Shown here in pieces: positions 27,679 to 36,734 of a stretch of 64,000 bases of DNA. Below the pieces are notes generated by a model. It made no database searches, had not been told where the DNA came from, and saw only the letters and a list, made by a program, of their open reading frames with translations. The stretch is from Myxococcota bacterium (GTDB taxonomy: Bacteria > Myxococcota_A > SURF-8 > G963663525): assembly GCA_963676915.2 (NCBI GenBank), contig CAXXVK010000072.1, positions 128,001 to 192,000 on the forward strand, read 5' to 3'. Position 1 is the stretch's first letter; the number at the start of each line of letters is the position of its first letter. Made by a program: the position numbers and the translations under genes.

Positions 27679-28722
27679 CTACATAAACCACCCCAAAACC
27701 TTGATAATTCCTTGTTTGACTCCTCGCCTGTGATGGGATCGGGTGGCGTTTTCCTGGAGGACGTCCGTTCTGTTTTCGAGGTACCAGTCGTAGGATTGCT
27801 TGAACATCTCGATGTTTCCATATCGGGGACGATATCCCAGTTCCTCTTTTGGGCGTGTCACGTCAAAATACATCGAGCGACCATACATCAGGTGGTGGTA
27901 TGGTCCGAGGGGAGATAGCCCGATTGCCGATGTAAGCTTCATGGCCCATACGGTGGGTTCCATAGGTAGGGAAATCACCCGGCTTCCGGTTCCCGCATGC
28001 TTTGTTAGCGCTTCGAGGGTTTCTCGAATAGAACAAAACTCCTCTGCTCCGATATTGTATACCGATGCTCCTCGCCGTTCTCCTGCCGCAATTACGGCAT
28101 CGGCCAGATCGTCGGCGTGGACGAACTGGTAGAGATTATCGCCCGATCCCAAAACCGGGATGTTTTTTCCCTGACGAATCCATTCGAACAAAATTTGCAT
28201 GATACCCAGCCGCCCGTGTCCCATGATGGTTCTCGGACGCACGATGGTAACGTCAAGTCCTTGATCGATGTACGTTTTGCAGACATCTTCCGCCGCGAAC
28301 TTGGCTCGGCCATAATCCTCCATGGGATTTGGGGGCACGCTATCGTCCACGGGATTTTTCGACGGAACGCCAAAAATAGCAGAGGATGACATGTGCACGA
28401 CTTTTTCGACTCCGTTTTCCAGACAGGCTTTCATCAGATTTTCGGTGCCGTCGTAGTTGACGCTCCAAAATGCCTCTTTGTCTTTTGCCAAAGGTACGAG
28501 AGCGACATTGTGATGTACCACCGATATTCCCTCACAAGCCTTTCGGACGGCTTCGAGATTTCGAATATCCCCCTGAACGAATTCGACATCGCCGGGGCGG
28601 TCATCGGCGTCGTTGAGGTCGAAGACTCTTACCTGGTGACCCGCTGCTCGGATTTTTTTCAGAAGCGCCGATCCGAAATAGCCGGAACCGCCTGTAATCA
28701 GATGTATTTTTTTTGTCGTCAT
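27679..28722 (-). CDS. NAD-dependent epimerase/dehydratase (3-beta-HSD-like extended SDR)
   Basis: 'ITGGSGYFG', catalytic 'YGRAK'. Confidence 0.9.
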   Translation of the reverse strand: MTTKKIHLITGGSGYFGSALLKKIRAAGHQVRVFDLNDADDRPGDVEFVQGDIRNLEAVRKACEGISVVHHNVALVPLAKDKEAFWSVNYDGTENLMKACLENGVEKVVHMSSSAIFGVPSKNPVDDSVPPNPMEDYGRAKFAAEDVCKTYIDQGLDVTIVRPRTIMGHGRLGIMQILFEWIRQGKNIPVLGSGDNLYQFVHADDLADAVIAAGERRGASVYNIGAEEFCSIRETLEALTKHAGTGSRVISLPMEPTVWAMKLTSAIGLSPLGPYHHLMYGRSMYFDVTRPKEELGYRPRYGNIEMFKQSYDWYLENRTDVLQENATRSHHRRGVKQGIIKVLGWFM

Positions 28723-28742
28723 GGTTGTTGCGAGCCTTTGGT

Positions 28743-29801
28743 TTAGATCTCGATTCCCTGGTCTAAAATCCATGCGATACTGCGGCGCATTCCTTCTTCG
28801 AGTGAAATCTTCGGATCGTATCCCAGAACACGTTGTGCTTTTTCAATAGAACAGGCAATTGTTTTGTTCATTTCACCCAGAACATGAATTTTCTGATGGT
28901 AGATTCCCACCGATTGCAGCATTTTGTCGCAAAGTTGAGCGAAATCACCGGAAAAACCGGGCAATTTCATTCTCTTGTGGGCCACTTCAATGTTGAAATC
29001 GTTTTCCAAGACCCTCTCGACGGTGTCGAGGATGGTATTCATGGAATACGGCTCTGCGTCGGCGATCCAGAAGATTTCACCGTTTGCGGCTTTTTCTTTT
29101 TCGCAAAGTCTCATTCCCTGGCAGATGTTGTCCGTATAGGCCATCGAACGCTGATTTTCGCCGTTCCCTAAAATCGGTCCCATACCCTTTTTGATCATGC
29201 TGAAAAACAATGTCTGCCGAGGTGGTTGGTCAGGTCCGTAAAACCATGGGGGACGAATCACGCTGACCTCGAATTTGCCCGCTTCATGAGCTTTCAAAAC
29301 GGCTTGTTCGGCCAGCATTTTGCTCTTTCCGTAGCCCATGTAGGGGTTGTACGGGCTGGATTCGTCGAAGCGATGATCGGCCGATGGATTTACACCGATT
29401 GGGGAATTGGAGGAAACATGCACCATTCGTCGGATATTCGCCGTTGCAGCGGCTTCGATAAGGTTTTGTGTGCCTTGTACGTTTGTTTCGTAAAACTCTT
29501 TCACCCCTTTGGTGGGGTGGATCACGGCGGCGGTGTGAAAAAGCGTAGCTCCTTCCGCTCCATTGAAAAATGCCTTCATACTTTCCGGTTGGGTGATATC
29601 ACCTTCGAAAATTTCGATGGAACCGGAAATCTTTTTCAGTTTCGAAGCGCCTTCGCCTGTTCTGACGAGGCAGCGGATCGGGCGGTCGGGATTGGGAGCT
29701 TCGAAGCGTGCGACTCCGGGAAGACCTTCTGCCAGCGTACGAGTAAATCGAGTACCTAACCATCCCGTTGCACCCGTAATCAGGGCTATCGGTTTCGTCA
29801 T
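28743..29801 (-). CDS. NAD-dependent epimerase/dehydratase (extended SDR)
   Basis: 'ITGATGWLG', 'YGKSK'; ATGA overlap with the upstream GMC gene. Confidence 0.9.
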   Translation of the reverse strand: MTKPIALITGATGWLGTRFTRTLAEGLPGVARFEAPNPDRPIRCLVRTGEGASKLKKISGSIEIFEGDITQPESMKAFFNGAEGATLFHTAAVIHPTKGVKEFYETNVQGTQNLIEAAATANIRRMVHVSSNSPIGVNPSADHRFDESSPYNPYMGYGKSKMLAEQAVLKAHEAGKFEVSVIRPPWFYGPDQPPRQTLFFSMIKKGMGPILGNGENQRSMAYTDNICQGMRLCEKEKAANGEIFWIADAEPYSMNTILDTVERVLENDFNIEVAHKRMKLPGFSGDFAQLCDKMLQSVGIYHQKIHVLGEMNKTIACSIEKAQRVLGYDPKISLEEGMRRSIAWILDQGIEI

Positions 29802-31273
29802 GAGGATTCCTTTACGAAATGAAGGGCGTTTCTGCGGGCAAAGCCCATGATAGAGCCTTGTGGATTGACGCCTGGAGAGTCGGGTAACATGCTTGCATCG
29901 TTGATACGGAGGTTTTCGAAATGTCGGACCCGGCCAAACGAATCCACGGCGCAACGGTCCTGTCTCTCTCCCATGGGACAGGCGCAGAAACCGTGTACGG
30001 TGGTTAAACTGACGGCTTTTTTAGGCAACGTCCGATCCAGCCAGCCGACGGCTTCCAGCTCTGTTGTTATCGGCTTTTGTCCATGGACTGTCGGATACAG
30101 TTCCGTCGCACCTGCCGCAAGCAACAGCATACACAGTCGTGCAAATCCCTGACTGAGATACCACATATCTCTATGGGACAATTCATAGCGAATATGTGTG
30201 CTTCGGTCCGTTGTCAACGAGGCATGAACGGAACCTTTGCCGGACCCTCGAACCGCGACATAATACGTGGCCATGGAACGGTAGTGTTCCATGATCCGCT
30301 GGTAGTCCAGTCCGTTTTCGCTGAGATTCAAGGCCAGGTGTCCTGGAGAGAAATAAGCCCCCCCCAAAGAGATTTCCGGCCAGAATTCCTTGATCTGAAC
30401 CAACGGAAGCACTGTTTCGTGGCTGTTTACCGGCTCGTTGAATCGTGCCGAAACTTTGAGCATGGGATGGAGGTTGAACGAAGCACCTACGTGGTAGCGA
30501 ATACCGCTACGTCTCAACAAGGCTGGGGTTTCAGTGGGACCGCAACAGACGAAAACATGTTCGGCGTCGATTCGGACGAGTTCTTCCGAACCGTCGGATC
30601 TTGTCAACCCGGCAAGAACCCCAACCGCACGACGGCCACTTCGGAGGATCATTTTTACACGACAATTCGTGATAACCGTTACTCCCATAGCCTCGGCTTT
30701 CGGAAGCAGTGTTCGGCTCATGCTTCGTTTGGCGTCCGTCGGACATCCGCTGGCACATCGATTTTTTCCGCTACAGGACGAAGCCATACGCGGAACTTCC
30801 ACGGCCGACCATCCCATTGCTTCCACACCTTCTTTGAACAGACGGGTGCTTGGGGGTAGATCGCCCCTATAATATTCAATAGTTACCTGATTTTCAGCCC
30901 AGCCGAAATACGGTTCCATTTCTTCAGGAGAGGCGTATTGAAGATCGTACCGAGCTTTCCAGCGCAACAGGATTTCGTTGGGGGTTCGGTGCCAGAATCC
31001 GGAGTTGATTTCGGAACTTCCACCATAGCAACGACCTTCTACGTAGCCGATCGGTGTTTTACCCACAATCGGCGTCATTCCTCGATTTCGATACAGCCTT
31101 CGCATTCCCTGTGTTGCGGAGTCGCCGTAATCGGATCGATCCCATTTGGCTCCTTCTTCCAGTAGAAGCACATCCATTCCGTTTTCGGCGCAGGTCATGG
31201 CCGTTACCGCGCCTCCCGGTCCGCTTCCTATGACAAGAACCTGAATTTTCTTTTTTTTCTCGAATGAGGTCAT
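29798..31273 (-). CDS. GMC-family FAD oxidoreductase
   Basis: 'IGSGPGG', 'GRCYGGSSEINSG', 'CxxxxxCxxGCP...K', 'DASMLP..PGVNPQ'. Confidence 0.9.
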   Translation of the reverse strand: MTSFEKKKKIQVLVIGSGPGGAVTAMTCAENGMDVLLLEEGAKWDRSDYGDSATQGMRRLYRNRGMTPIVGKTPIGYVEGRCYGGSSEINSGFWHRTPNEILLRWKARYDLQYASPEEMEPYFGWAENQVTIEYYRGDLPPSTRLFKEGVEAMGWSAVEVPRMASSCSGKNRCASGCPTDAKRSMSRTLLPKAEAMGVTVITNCRVKMILRSGRRAVGVLAGLTRSDGSEELVRIDAEHVFVCCGPTETPALLRRSGIRYHVGASFNLHPMLKVSARFNEPVNSHETVLPLVQIKEFWPEISLGGAYFSPGHLALNLSENGLDYQRIMEHYRSMATYYVAVRGSGKGSVHASLTTDRSTHIRYELSHRDMWYLSQGFARLCMLLLAAGATELYPTVHGQKPITTELEAVGWLDRTLPKKAVSLTTVHGFCACPMGERQDRCAVDSFGRVRHFENLRINDASMLPDSPGVNPQGSIMGFARRNALHFVKESS

Positions 31274-32754
31274 TGGCCGACCTCGTAAGTCGATGACAGT
31301 ACAGGCTTACCTTTGGAATCGGAATCGAGTGTGGCCAGCGTTTCAGAGGCTTCATAAAACGCGAGCAACGATGTCGCCCGCACAAGTCGGAAAAGCTGCC
31401 TCGTCAGTCCGATGGGACCATAAGCCCATGCATTCACCCAACGGGTTCGACGTTCAACTGAAAGTGCACAAAACGGTCTGCCGTACCGCATCCATGAAAA
31501 CGTGCGGAAACCGGTCATTCCGATTGTAAACAGCACGATATAGCGTCTGGGGATACTGTTGATTTGTCCTTGCAAGAAAGAGGCTACGTTGTTGAGCAAT
31601 TCCTCTCTCTTTTCGGAAGGAATTCTGTCGAAAGGACAGATGGCTTCGGCCAGTTTGGTTGTGAAGAGAGACGGTGTATCCAAGACAGTGGTGACGGAAC
31701 TGGTTCCGAGGCGTTCGTTCGAAATTTGATCGAATTGTTCGAGGTTTTTCAGAGGTTTCGCTTTTTGGGAGAGCTTCACGATGGAACCGAGTTCGATTCC
31801 GTACCACAACATAATGACAACACCCCAAAGGGTGATGGGAATGTAAAAGGCCAGGTGAACCAGAGTGGCGAAACTGATCGCGGTGGCTTGGTTGGCTCCT
31901 ACAAGCAGAAGACCTTGCATACAAAAAAAATGAAACGCTCCGATAAATCCAGGAGCCGAAGGAATCATGATGCCAAGGTTGGTCAACGACATAACCAGGA
32001 TGGCATTCAGATAGTTCAATTCCAAGCCGAAAACCGGTAGCATGAAAAGAAACAATCCGCCTTCACACAACCAGACCAGCAGGCTTAAAAAAAGTGCCAA
32101 GAGCGCTTGAACAGGCGATTTCAAATAGCTGACACCGTTGATGATGGACATGAGATAACGGATGGCTGGATCGTGCCAACTTGGCCGAATGACTTGCAAG
32201 GTACGAGAAATCATCGAAGTGACGAGTCCGGGAGCCACCAACAATACTAGAACTGCAACCGAAGCCGCACCGAAGACCAGAGTGGCGAAAAAAATCGATT
32301 CTTTGACGAATCCGTCTGCGCCGACGAACAGTGCCGCCAATGCCAGAAGGGCGACCATCACCACGCCATCAAGCAGGCGTTCCAGAAATGTGATGGTCAG
32401 AGACTGGGTGTAGGTGATCCCCGTTCGTTCGGTCAGCATTCCGGCTCGTGCGAATTCTCCCATTCTTGCAGGAAGAATGTTGTTGACGGCGTATCCCAAC
32501 ACCACGACTTGTGTAGTCGTCCATATGCCAACGCTGGCATCCTTGCTGACGAGAAGGTGTGTTCGTATTCCTCGTAGGATGTGGCCGAATAAATAACTAC
32601 CGACGGAAAACGCGATCCATGGAATGAGGTTGGCGTTTTCCAGGGATGAAACTACTTGATTCCATTCCAGTTTTCGCATCGCCAGGAAGAGAAAAAGGAG
32701 GCTTAGGACAAATCCAATGGCGACGAACAGTGATTTTTTGTTTTCGTGCAGCAT
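31270..32754 (-). CDS. lysylphosphatidylglycerol-synthase TM (flippase-like) protein with extra C-terminal soluble domain
   Basis: 'NNILPARMGEFAR', 'ERLLD', 'PSAPGFIGAF'; C-terminal 'FCALSVERRTRWVNAW...RQLFRLVR...AFYE'. Confidence 0.82.
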   Translation of the reverse strand: MLHENKKSLFVAIGFVLSLLFLFLAMRKLEWNQVVSSLENANLIPWIAFSVGSYLFGHILRGIRTHLLVSKDASVGIWTTTQVVVLGYAVNNILPARMGEFARAGMLTERTGITYTQSLTITFLERLLDGVVMVALLALAALFVGADGFVKESIFFATLVFGAASVAVLVLLVAPGLVTSMISRTLQVIRPSWHDPAIRYLMSIINGVSYLKSPVQALLALFLSLLVWLCEGGLFLFMLPVFGLELNYLNAILVMSLTNLGIMIPSAPGFIGAFHFFCMQGLLLVGANQATAISFATLVHLAFYIPITLWGVVIMLWYGIELGSIVKLSQKAKPLKNLEQFDQISNERLGTSSVTTVLDTPSLFTTKLAEAICPFDRIPSEKREELLNNVASFLQGQINSIPRRYIVLFTIGMTGFRTFSWMRYGRPFCALSVERRTRWVNAWAYGPIGLTRQLFRLVRATSLLAFYEASETLATLDSDSKGKPVLSSTYEVGQ

Positions 32755-32995
32755 TTCGGACGTTCGAAGGATTGAAATCGTTTGGATCTTATTTCCACTG
32801 TATCTCTTAGTATCAAAATTCCTCAACGACCTCAAGGAGATTGTACCGTTAGCCCGTGGTTGTAGCGTCGGAATCAATTGTCGGGCGTAATGAAATGATC
32901 TGAATTTGCTTGTCTGGGATAAATAATCGAGTTATATAAAGAAATCAAGTAGTTACTAATATTTTGGTTTCAACACCAGATAGACCACCTTCTCT

Positions 32996-35551
32996 ATGAC
33001 GGATTACCTGACCAGTCGGCCTTTTATCGTCAATACCATCCTTGCGTTGTTTCAAATCGCCCATTGGTCTAGCGGCTTCGCCAAACCTTCCGTTTTCTCT
33101 GTAACCTTTTTGTTTTCTCTTTTTTGTTTTCCTGCAACGTTGCATTTTCTGTCGAACAGATCGAATCGGGAACCCATTGGCAGGGGAGAAGGCGAATACT
33201 ATCGTCCTTTGGATACATTCTCCACGTGGCTGCTTCCATTCCTGTATTTCGTCGTTCTGGTTCCTTATCGTGAACAGGCTTTCGGAATCGATACCTGGAG
33301 CTGGAACGCTTTGGCCTCCCCGACGCTTTGCTTTCTTTGGGTTGGGGGAATTCTGTATGGATTGCTTGGTTTGCTCGGAAAAAAAATCGAGTTCGGTTCG
33401 TTTCAAATAACAGCGAAAGTACGGGCTTTTTTTCAATCCGTGTTGTCGTTTGCCGAAAAATTCCTGCTTTGCATTCTTCTGTCTCTCGTTCTTCTGCAAA
33501 GCACACAAAACCTGACCTTTCTTGTCATTCAATGGCTGAAAGGAGAAAACACCGATTCAACTCCGTTTTTGTTTATGATGGTTTGGTTCGGTCTGCTGAT
33601 TTCGACGGTCGTTCTCTATCGTTTTCGAGAAGAGGTCGGAAAATGGATGACAAACCATGATCAAGTGATCTGGAGTGTTGCCATTTTGTTGTTGTTTATG
33701 GAAACCATTGCTCTTTCCATTCATTCTCCCTATCTGAGCGATTTAGCCGGAAAAATCAAGTGCGCTGGTTACGGCTATTTCATATTCTTGCTTCTAACCC
33801 ACAGTGTTCGTTTTTACGGTTCTTTGGCGTATCATGGGGCAAAAACGTTTGAAAGCATTCAGGCTTCGAACAATAGACTTTGGAATTCCTCGAAATTTCA
33901 TCGGATGCTTTTCATTTTCGCGCTTGCACTGCTTGCTGTTTATCTGGCACCGTTTTTGGTTTTCGGACATGATACGTACGTGCTGATTCACGACAATCTC
34001 GACCATATTCACACATCCCTGATTCTTTTGGTCAATAGTGGGAAAGTTTTCGCAGGTAGCCTGGAGCCGATTCCGCAGATGTTTAACGGCATCCCGAGAG
34101 GTGTGCTCCACTCCGAATGGAACCTACGATTGTGGCTCTATACCTTGTTCGATCCATTCGTTGCATACACGATCAATCAATTTTTGATGCGTATTGTCGC
34201 GTTTTTCGGGATGTTGCTGCTCCTCGATCGCATCCGTAATCCCGATCCATCGTTCAAGATTCTCAATATCTTGGTTGCCTCTGGTTTTTCGTTGTTGCCG
34301 TTTTGGCCTGAAAATGGTTTGGGAATCGCCGGTCAACCCATGGCACTGTACGCTTTCCTGTCGATTCGAGACGGCAAAGCCCGGTGGCCTAGTTATCTTT
34401 TTCTATTCATTTTACCTTTTTACGCCGAGTTTTTCCGTTGTTTATTCTTTTTCTTGATTCTCATCGGTGGGATTTTTCTTGTGGATCTTGTTCGGTACCG
34501 CAAACCGAATCTGCATTTTTTCGGTGCCATCGTTGGATTTTCCTGTTTGACGCTATGGGCCAATTACCGCATGCTCTGGTTGTCGTTGACGCACCCGTTC
34601 GTCAGTCATCGGGCGGGAAATTTCCAGTACGATCAGTCCGTTGTCGATGTTGGAAAAACTTTTTTAGATCTGTTGATAAATGGCCAGTACCATGCACATT
34701 CCCTGCATTTTCCCATTGTTTTACTGACGGCATTGCTGGCTCTTTCTGCAAGTCTCATTTGGACGTCGAATCGCAATCACTTGCTCGGCTATTTCGCTCT
34801 TTTCTTGTTTGTTTGCGGTGTTTCCGCCATCGCTCCTATGATCGATTTCGGAGCGGTTTTACCGTTTTTGAAGGGATTTAATTTCAGTCGGTTCTACTTT
34901 TTGCTGCCTTTGGCGAGTTTTCTGCTATTTGCAGAAGGTCTTTCATTTTTGGCAAGTCGTTGGAAGAAAGGACGAATCGTTGTTGCAACGTTGGCTTTGT
35001 TGCAAGTTTTTAATGTTTTTGCCCATAGCGATTACGAAAACGAGAAACGAACGCACGGCATAACGTACGCAGAATTTTATGCGGAGGAGCAATTCGCCGA
35101 AATCCGTGACTTCATCGGGCGATCTCCTGAAGAATACCGTGTCGTAAGTATCGGGATGCATCCTGCTATCGCACAATACAACGGCTTTTATACTCTCGAT
35201 GGTTATTGGTACTATTATCCCCTCTCGTATAAAAAAGCGTTTCGGGAAATCATTGCGCCTGAACTGAAGAAGAATGAACATTTCAGAAAATACTATGATT
35301 CCTGGGGAAGTAGGGCTTATCTTTTTCTGGACGATCTCGAAGCCTATGAAACAATCGAACCGAAAAAATCGGTTGTTGTGCGACATCTTGATTTGAACGT
35401 GAAAGCGCTTCAAGCGATGGGGGGAGAGTACGTTATTTCCTCCGTCAAAATTGAGAACTGCCATAAAACCGGCTTGGTTTTTCTTAAAAAATTCACACAT
35501 TTTCAGTCTGCCTGGGATATTTACCTTTACAGTGTAAAACCAGCGCTTTAG
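32996..35551 (+). CDS. DUF6044/YkoS-like polytopic membrane protein (possible GT-C glycosyltransferase)
   Basis: 'IHDNLD', 'GLGIAGQP', 'FNFSRFY', 'RVVSIGMHPAIAQYNGFYTLDGY', 'YKKAFREIIAPEL'. Confidence 0.75.
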   Translation: MTDYLTSRPFIVNTILALFQIAHWSSGFAKPSVFSVTFLFSLFCFPATLHFLSNRSNREPIGRGEGEYYRPLDTFSTWLLPFLYFVVLVPYREQAFGIDTWSWNALASPTLCFLWVGGILYGLLGLLGKKIEFGSFQITAKVRAFFQSVLSFAEKFLLCILLSLVLLQSTQNLTFLVIQWLKGENTDSTPFLFMMVWFGLLISTVVLYRFREEVGKWMTNHDQVIWSVAILLLFMETIALSIHSPYLSDLAGKIKCAGYGYFIFLLLTHSVRFYGSLAYHGAKTFESIQASNNRLWNSSKFHRMLFIFALALLAVYLAPFLVFGHDTYVLIHDNLDHIHTSLILLVNSGKVFAGSLEPIPQMFNGIPRGVLHSEWNLRLWLYTLFDPFVAYTINQFLMRIVAFFGMLLLLDRIRNPDPSFKILNILVASGFSLLPFWPENGLGIAGQPMALYAFLSIRDGKARWPSYLFLFILPFYAEFFRCLFFFLILIGGIFLVDLVRYRKPNLHFFGAIVGFSCLTLWANYRMLWLSLTHPFVSHRAGNFQYDQSVVDVGKTFLDLLINGQYHAHSLHFPIVLLTALLALSASLIWTSNRNHLLGYFALFLFVCGVSAIAPMIDFGAVLPFLKGFNFSRFYFLLPLASFLLFAEGLSFLASRWKKGRIVVATLALLQVFNVFAHSDYENEKRTHGITYAEFYAEEQFAEIRDFIGRSPEEYRVVSIGMHPAIAQYNGFYTLDGYWYYYPLSYKKAFREIIAPELKKNEHFRKYYDSWGSRAYLFLDDLEAYETIEPKKSVVVRHLDLNVKALQAMGGEYVISSVKIENCHKTGLVFLKKFTHFQSAWDIYLYSVKPAL

Positions 35552-35719
35552 TTTCAATTTTACAGAGGATTTTCGCAAACAATTGCCTTTGAAATACGGT
35601 TTCAGATGTCTGAAAAGGAACGTGGAGAAATTGTTTTGGGTTCTTCGAATAAAAGACTAGAATGACCACGCAATTTGAAAAAGATACTCATTTATTGACC
35701 TAACGGCATGGAAGGATCA

Positions 35720-36604
35720 ATGAAGATTCGCAAAGTGGTTTTGCCGGTGGCTGGGCTTGGTACACGTTTTTTGCCTGCATCCAAATGTATTCCCAAAGAA
35801 ATGTTTCCCATCGTGGATAAACCCGTTATCCAGTGGTTGATGGAAGAATGCGCTGCCTGCGGAATCGAGGAAGTGATTTTCGTGACGGCTCGGGGAAAAT
35901 ACGCTTTGGAGGATCATTTCGATAGTGCTACCAGCCTGATGTACTGGTTGGAAGCCAAAGACAAAACCGGCCTGGCCGACCGCATGAGAAGCCTGGAGAA
36001 TCTCGTGCGTGTTACCGCTGTGCGGCAAAAACATCCGCTGGGTTTGGGGCATGCCATCTGGTGCGCCAAGGAAGCCGTTGGTAACGAGCCGTTTGCCGTG
36101 ATTCTGGGAGACGAACTGGTGCTTTCCAAGAAACCGGCCATCGGACAGTTGATCGATGCCTCTGAGCGTCTTGGCGGAAGTGCCATTGCCGTGGATGAAG
36201 TTCCTGCCGATCAGACCGATCGCTACGGCATTGTGGATGGTGAAGAGATCGAACCCGGTATCATGCGTTTGAGCCGCCTTGTAGAAAAACCTAAGCCGGA
36301 ACAGGCACCTAGCTGCATGGCGATTACCGGTCGCTACGTTCTTCCTGCCGAAATCTTCGAGATTCTCGAAAATACGGAAAAAGGGCAGGGGGGAGAAATT
36401 CAATTGACCGACGGTTTGAACGAACTGGCTCGTCGTCCGAATTCTCCCATGTTCAGCGTGCAGTTGGAAGGCAAACGGTTGGATGCCGGATCACCGTTAG
36501 GATTGCTGCAAACGTCACTATGCTATGCCATGGAAGACGAGCGGTACCGTGCGGATGTCCTAAACATCATGGAAGAACTGTTGGAAACCTCCAAAGCGAA
36601 ATGA
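35720..36604 (+). CDS. galU: UTP-glucose-1-phosphate uridylyltransferase
   Basis: 'PVAGLGTRFLPASKCIPKEM', 'LGLGHA', 'VEKP', 'GGEIQLTD'. Confidence 0.96.
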   Translation: MKIRKVVLPVAGLGTRFLPASKCIPKEMFPIVDKPVIQWLMEECAACGIEEVIFVTARGKYALEDHFDSATSLMYWLEAKDKTGLADRMRSLENLVRVTAVRQKHPLGLGHAIWCAKEAVGNEPFAVILGDELVLSKKPAIGQLIDASERLGGSAIAVDEVPADQTDRYGIVDGEEIEPGIMRLSRLVEKPKPEQAPSCMAITGRYVLPAEIFEILENTEKGQGGEIQLTDGLNELARRPNSPMFSVQLEGKRLDAGSPLGLLQTSLCYAMEDERYRADVLNIMEELLETSKAK

Positions 36605-36616
36605 GCTGAACTTGGC

Positions 36617-36680
36617 GTAGGTCGGAAAAATTCCTTGTCCGACAACCGCAAGGTATCAGGGCAGAAATTAGCCCGAGTTC
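36617..36680. repeat. degenerate REP-like doublet, family B copy 3
   Basis: GTAGGTCGGA...TCCGAC plus an inverted degenerate partner, between convergent genes. Confidence 0.4.
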
Positions 36681-36734
36681 ACGAATGATTTTGGATTATA
36701 GAAAGTCCAAACAATTTTAAGGAGATACGGCGTG

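Noticed and set aside
27679-31273. Sterol biosynthesis cluster (3-beta-HSD-like SDRs + GMC)
   Set aside because: No squalene epoxidase, cyclase or CYP51 in the window; SDR motifs alone do not specify substrate.
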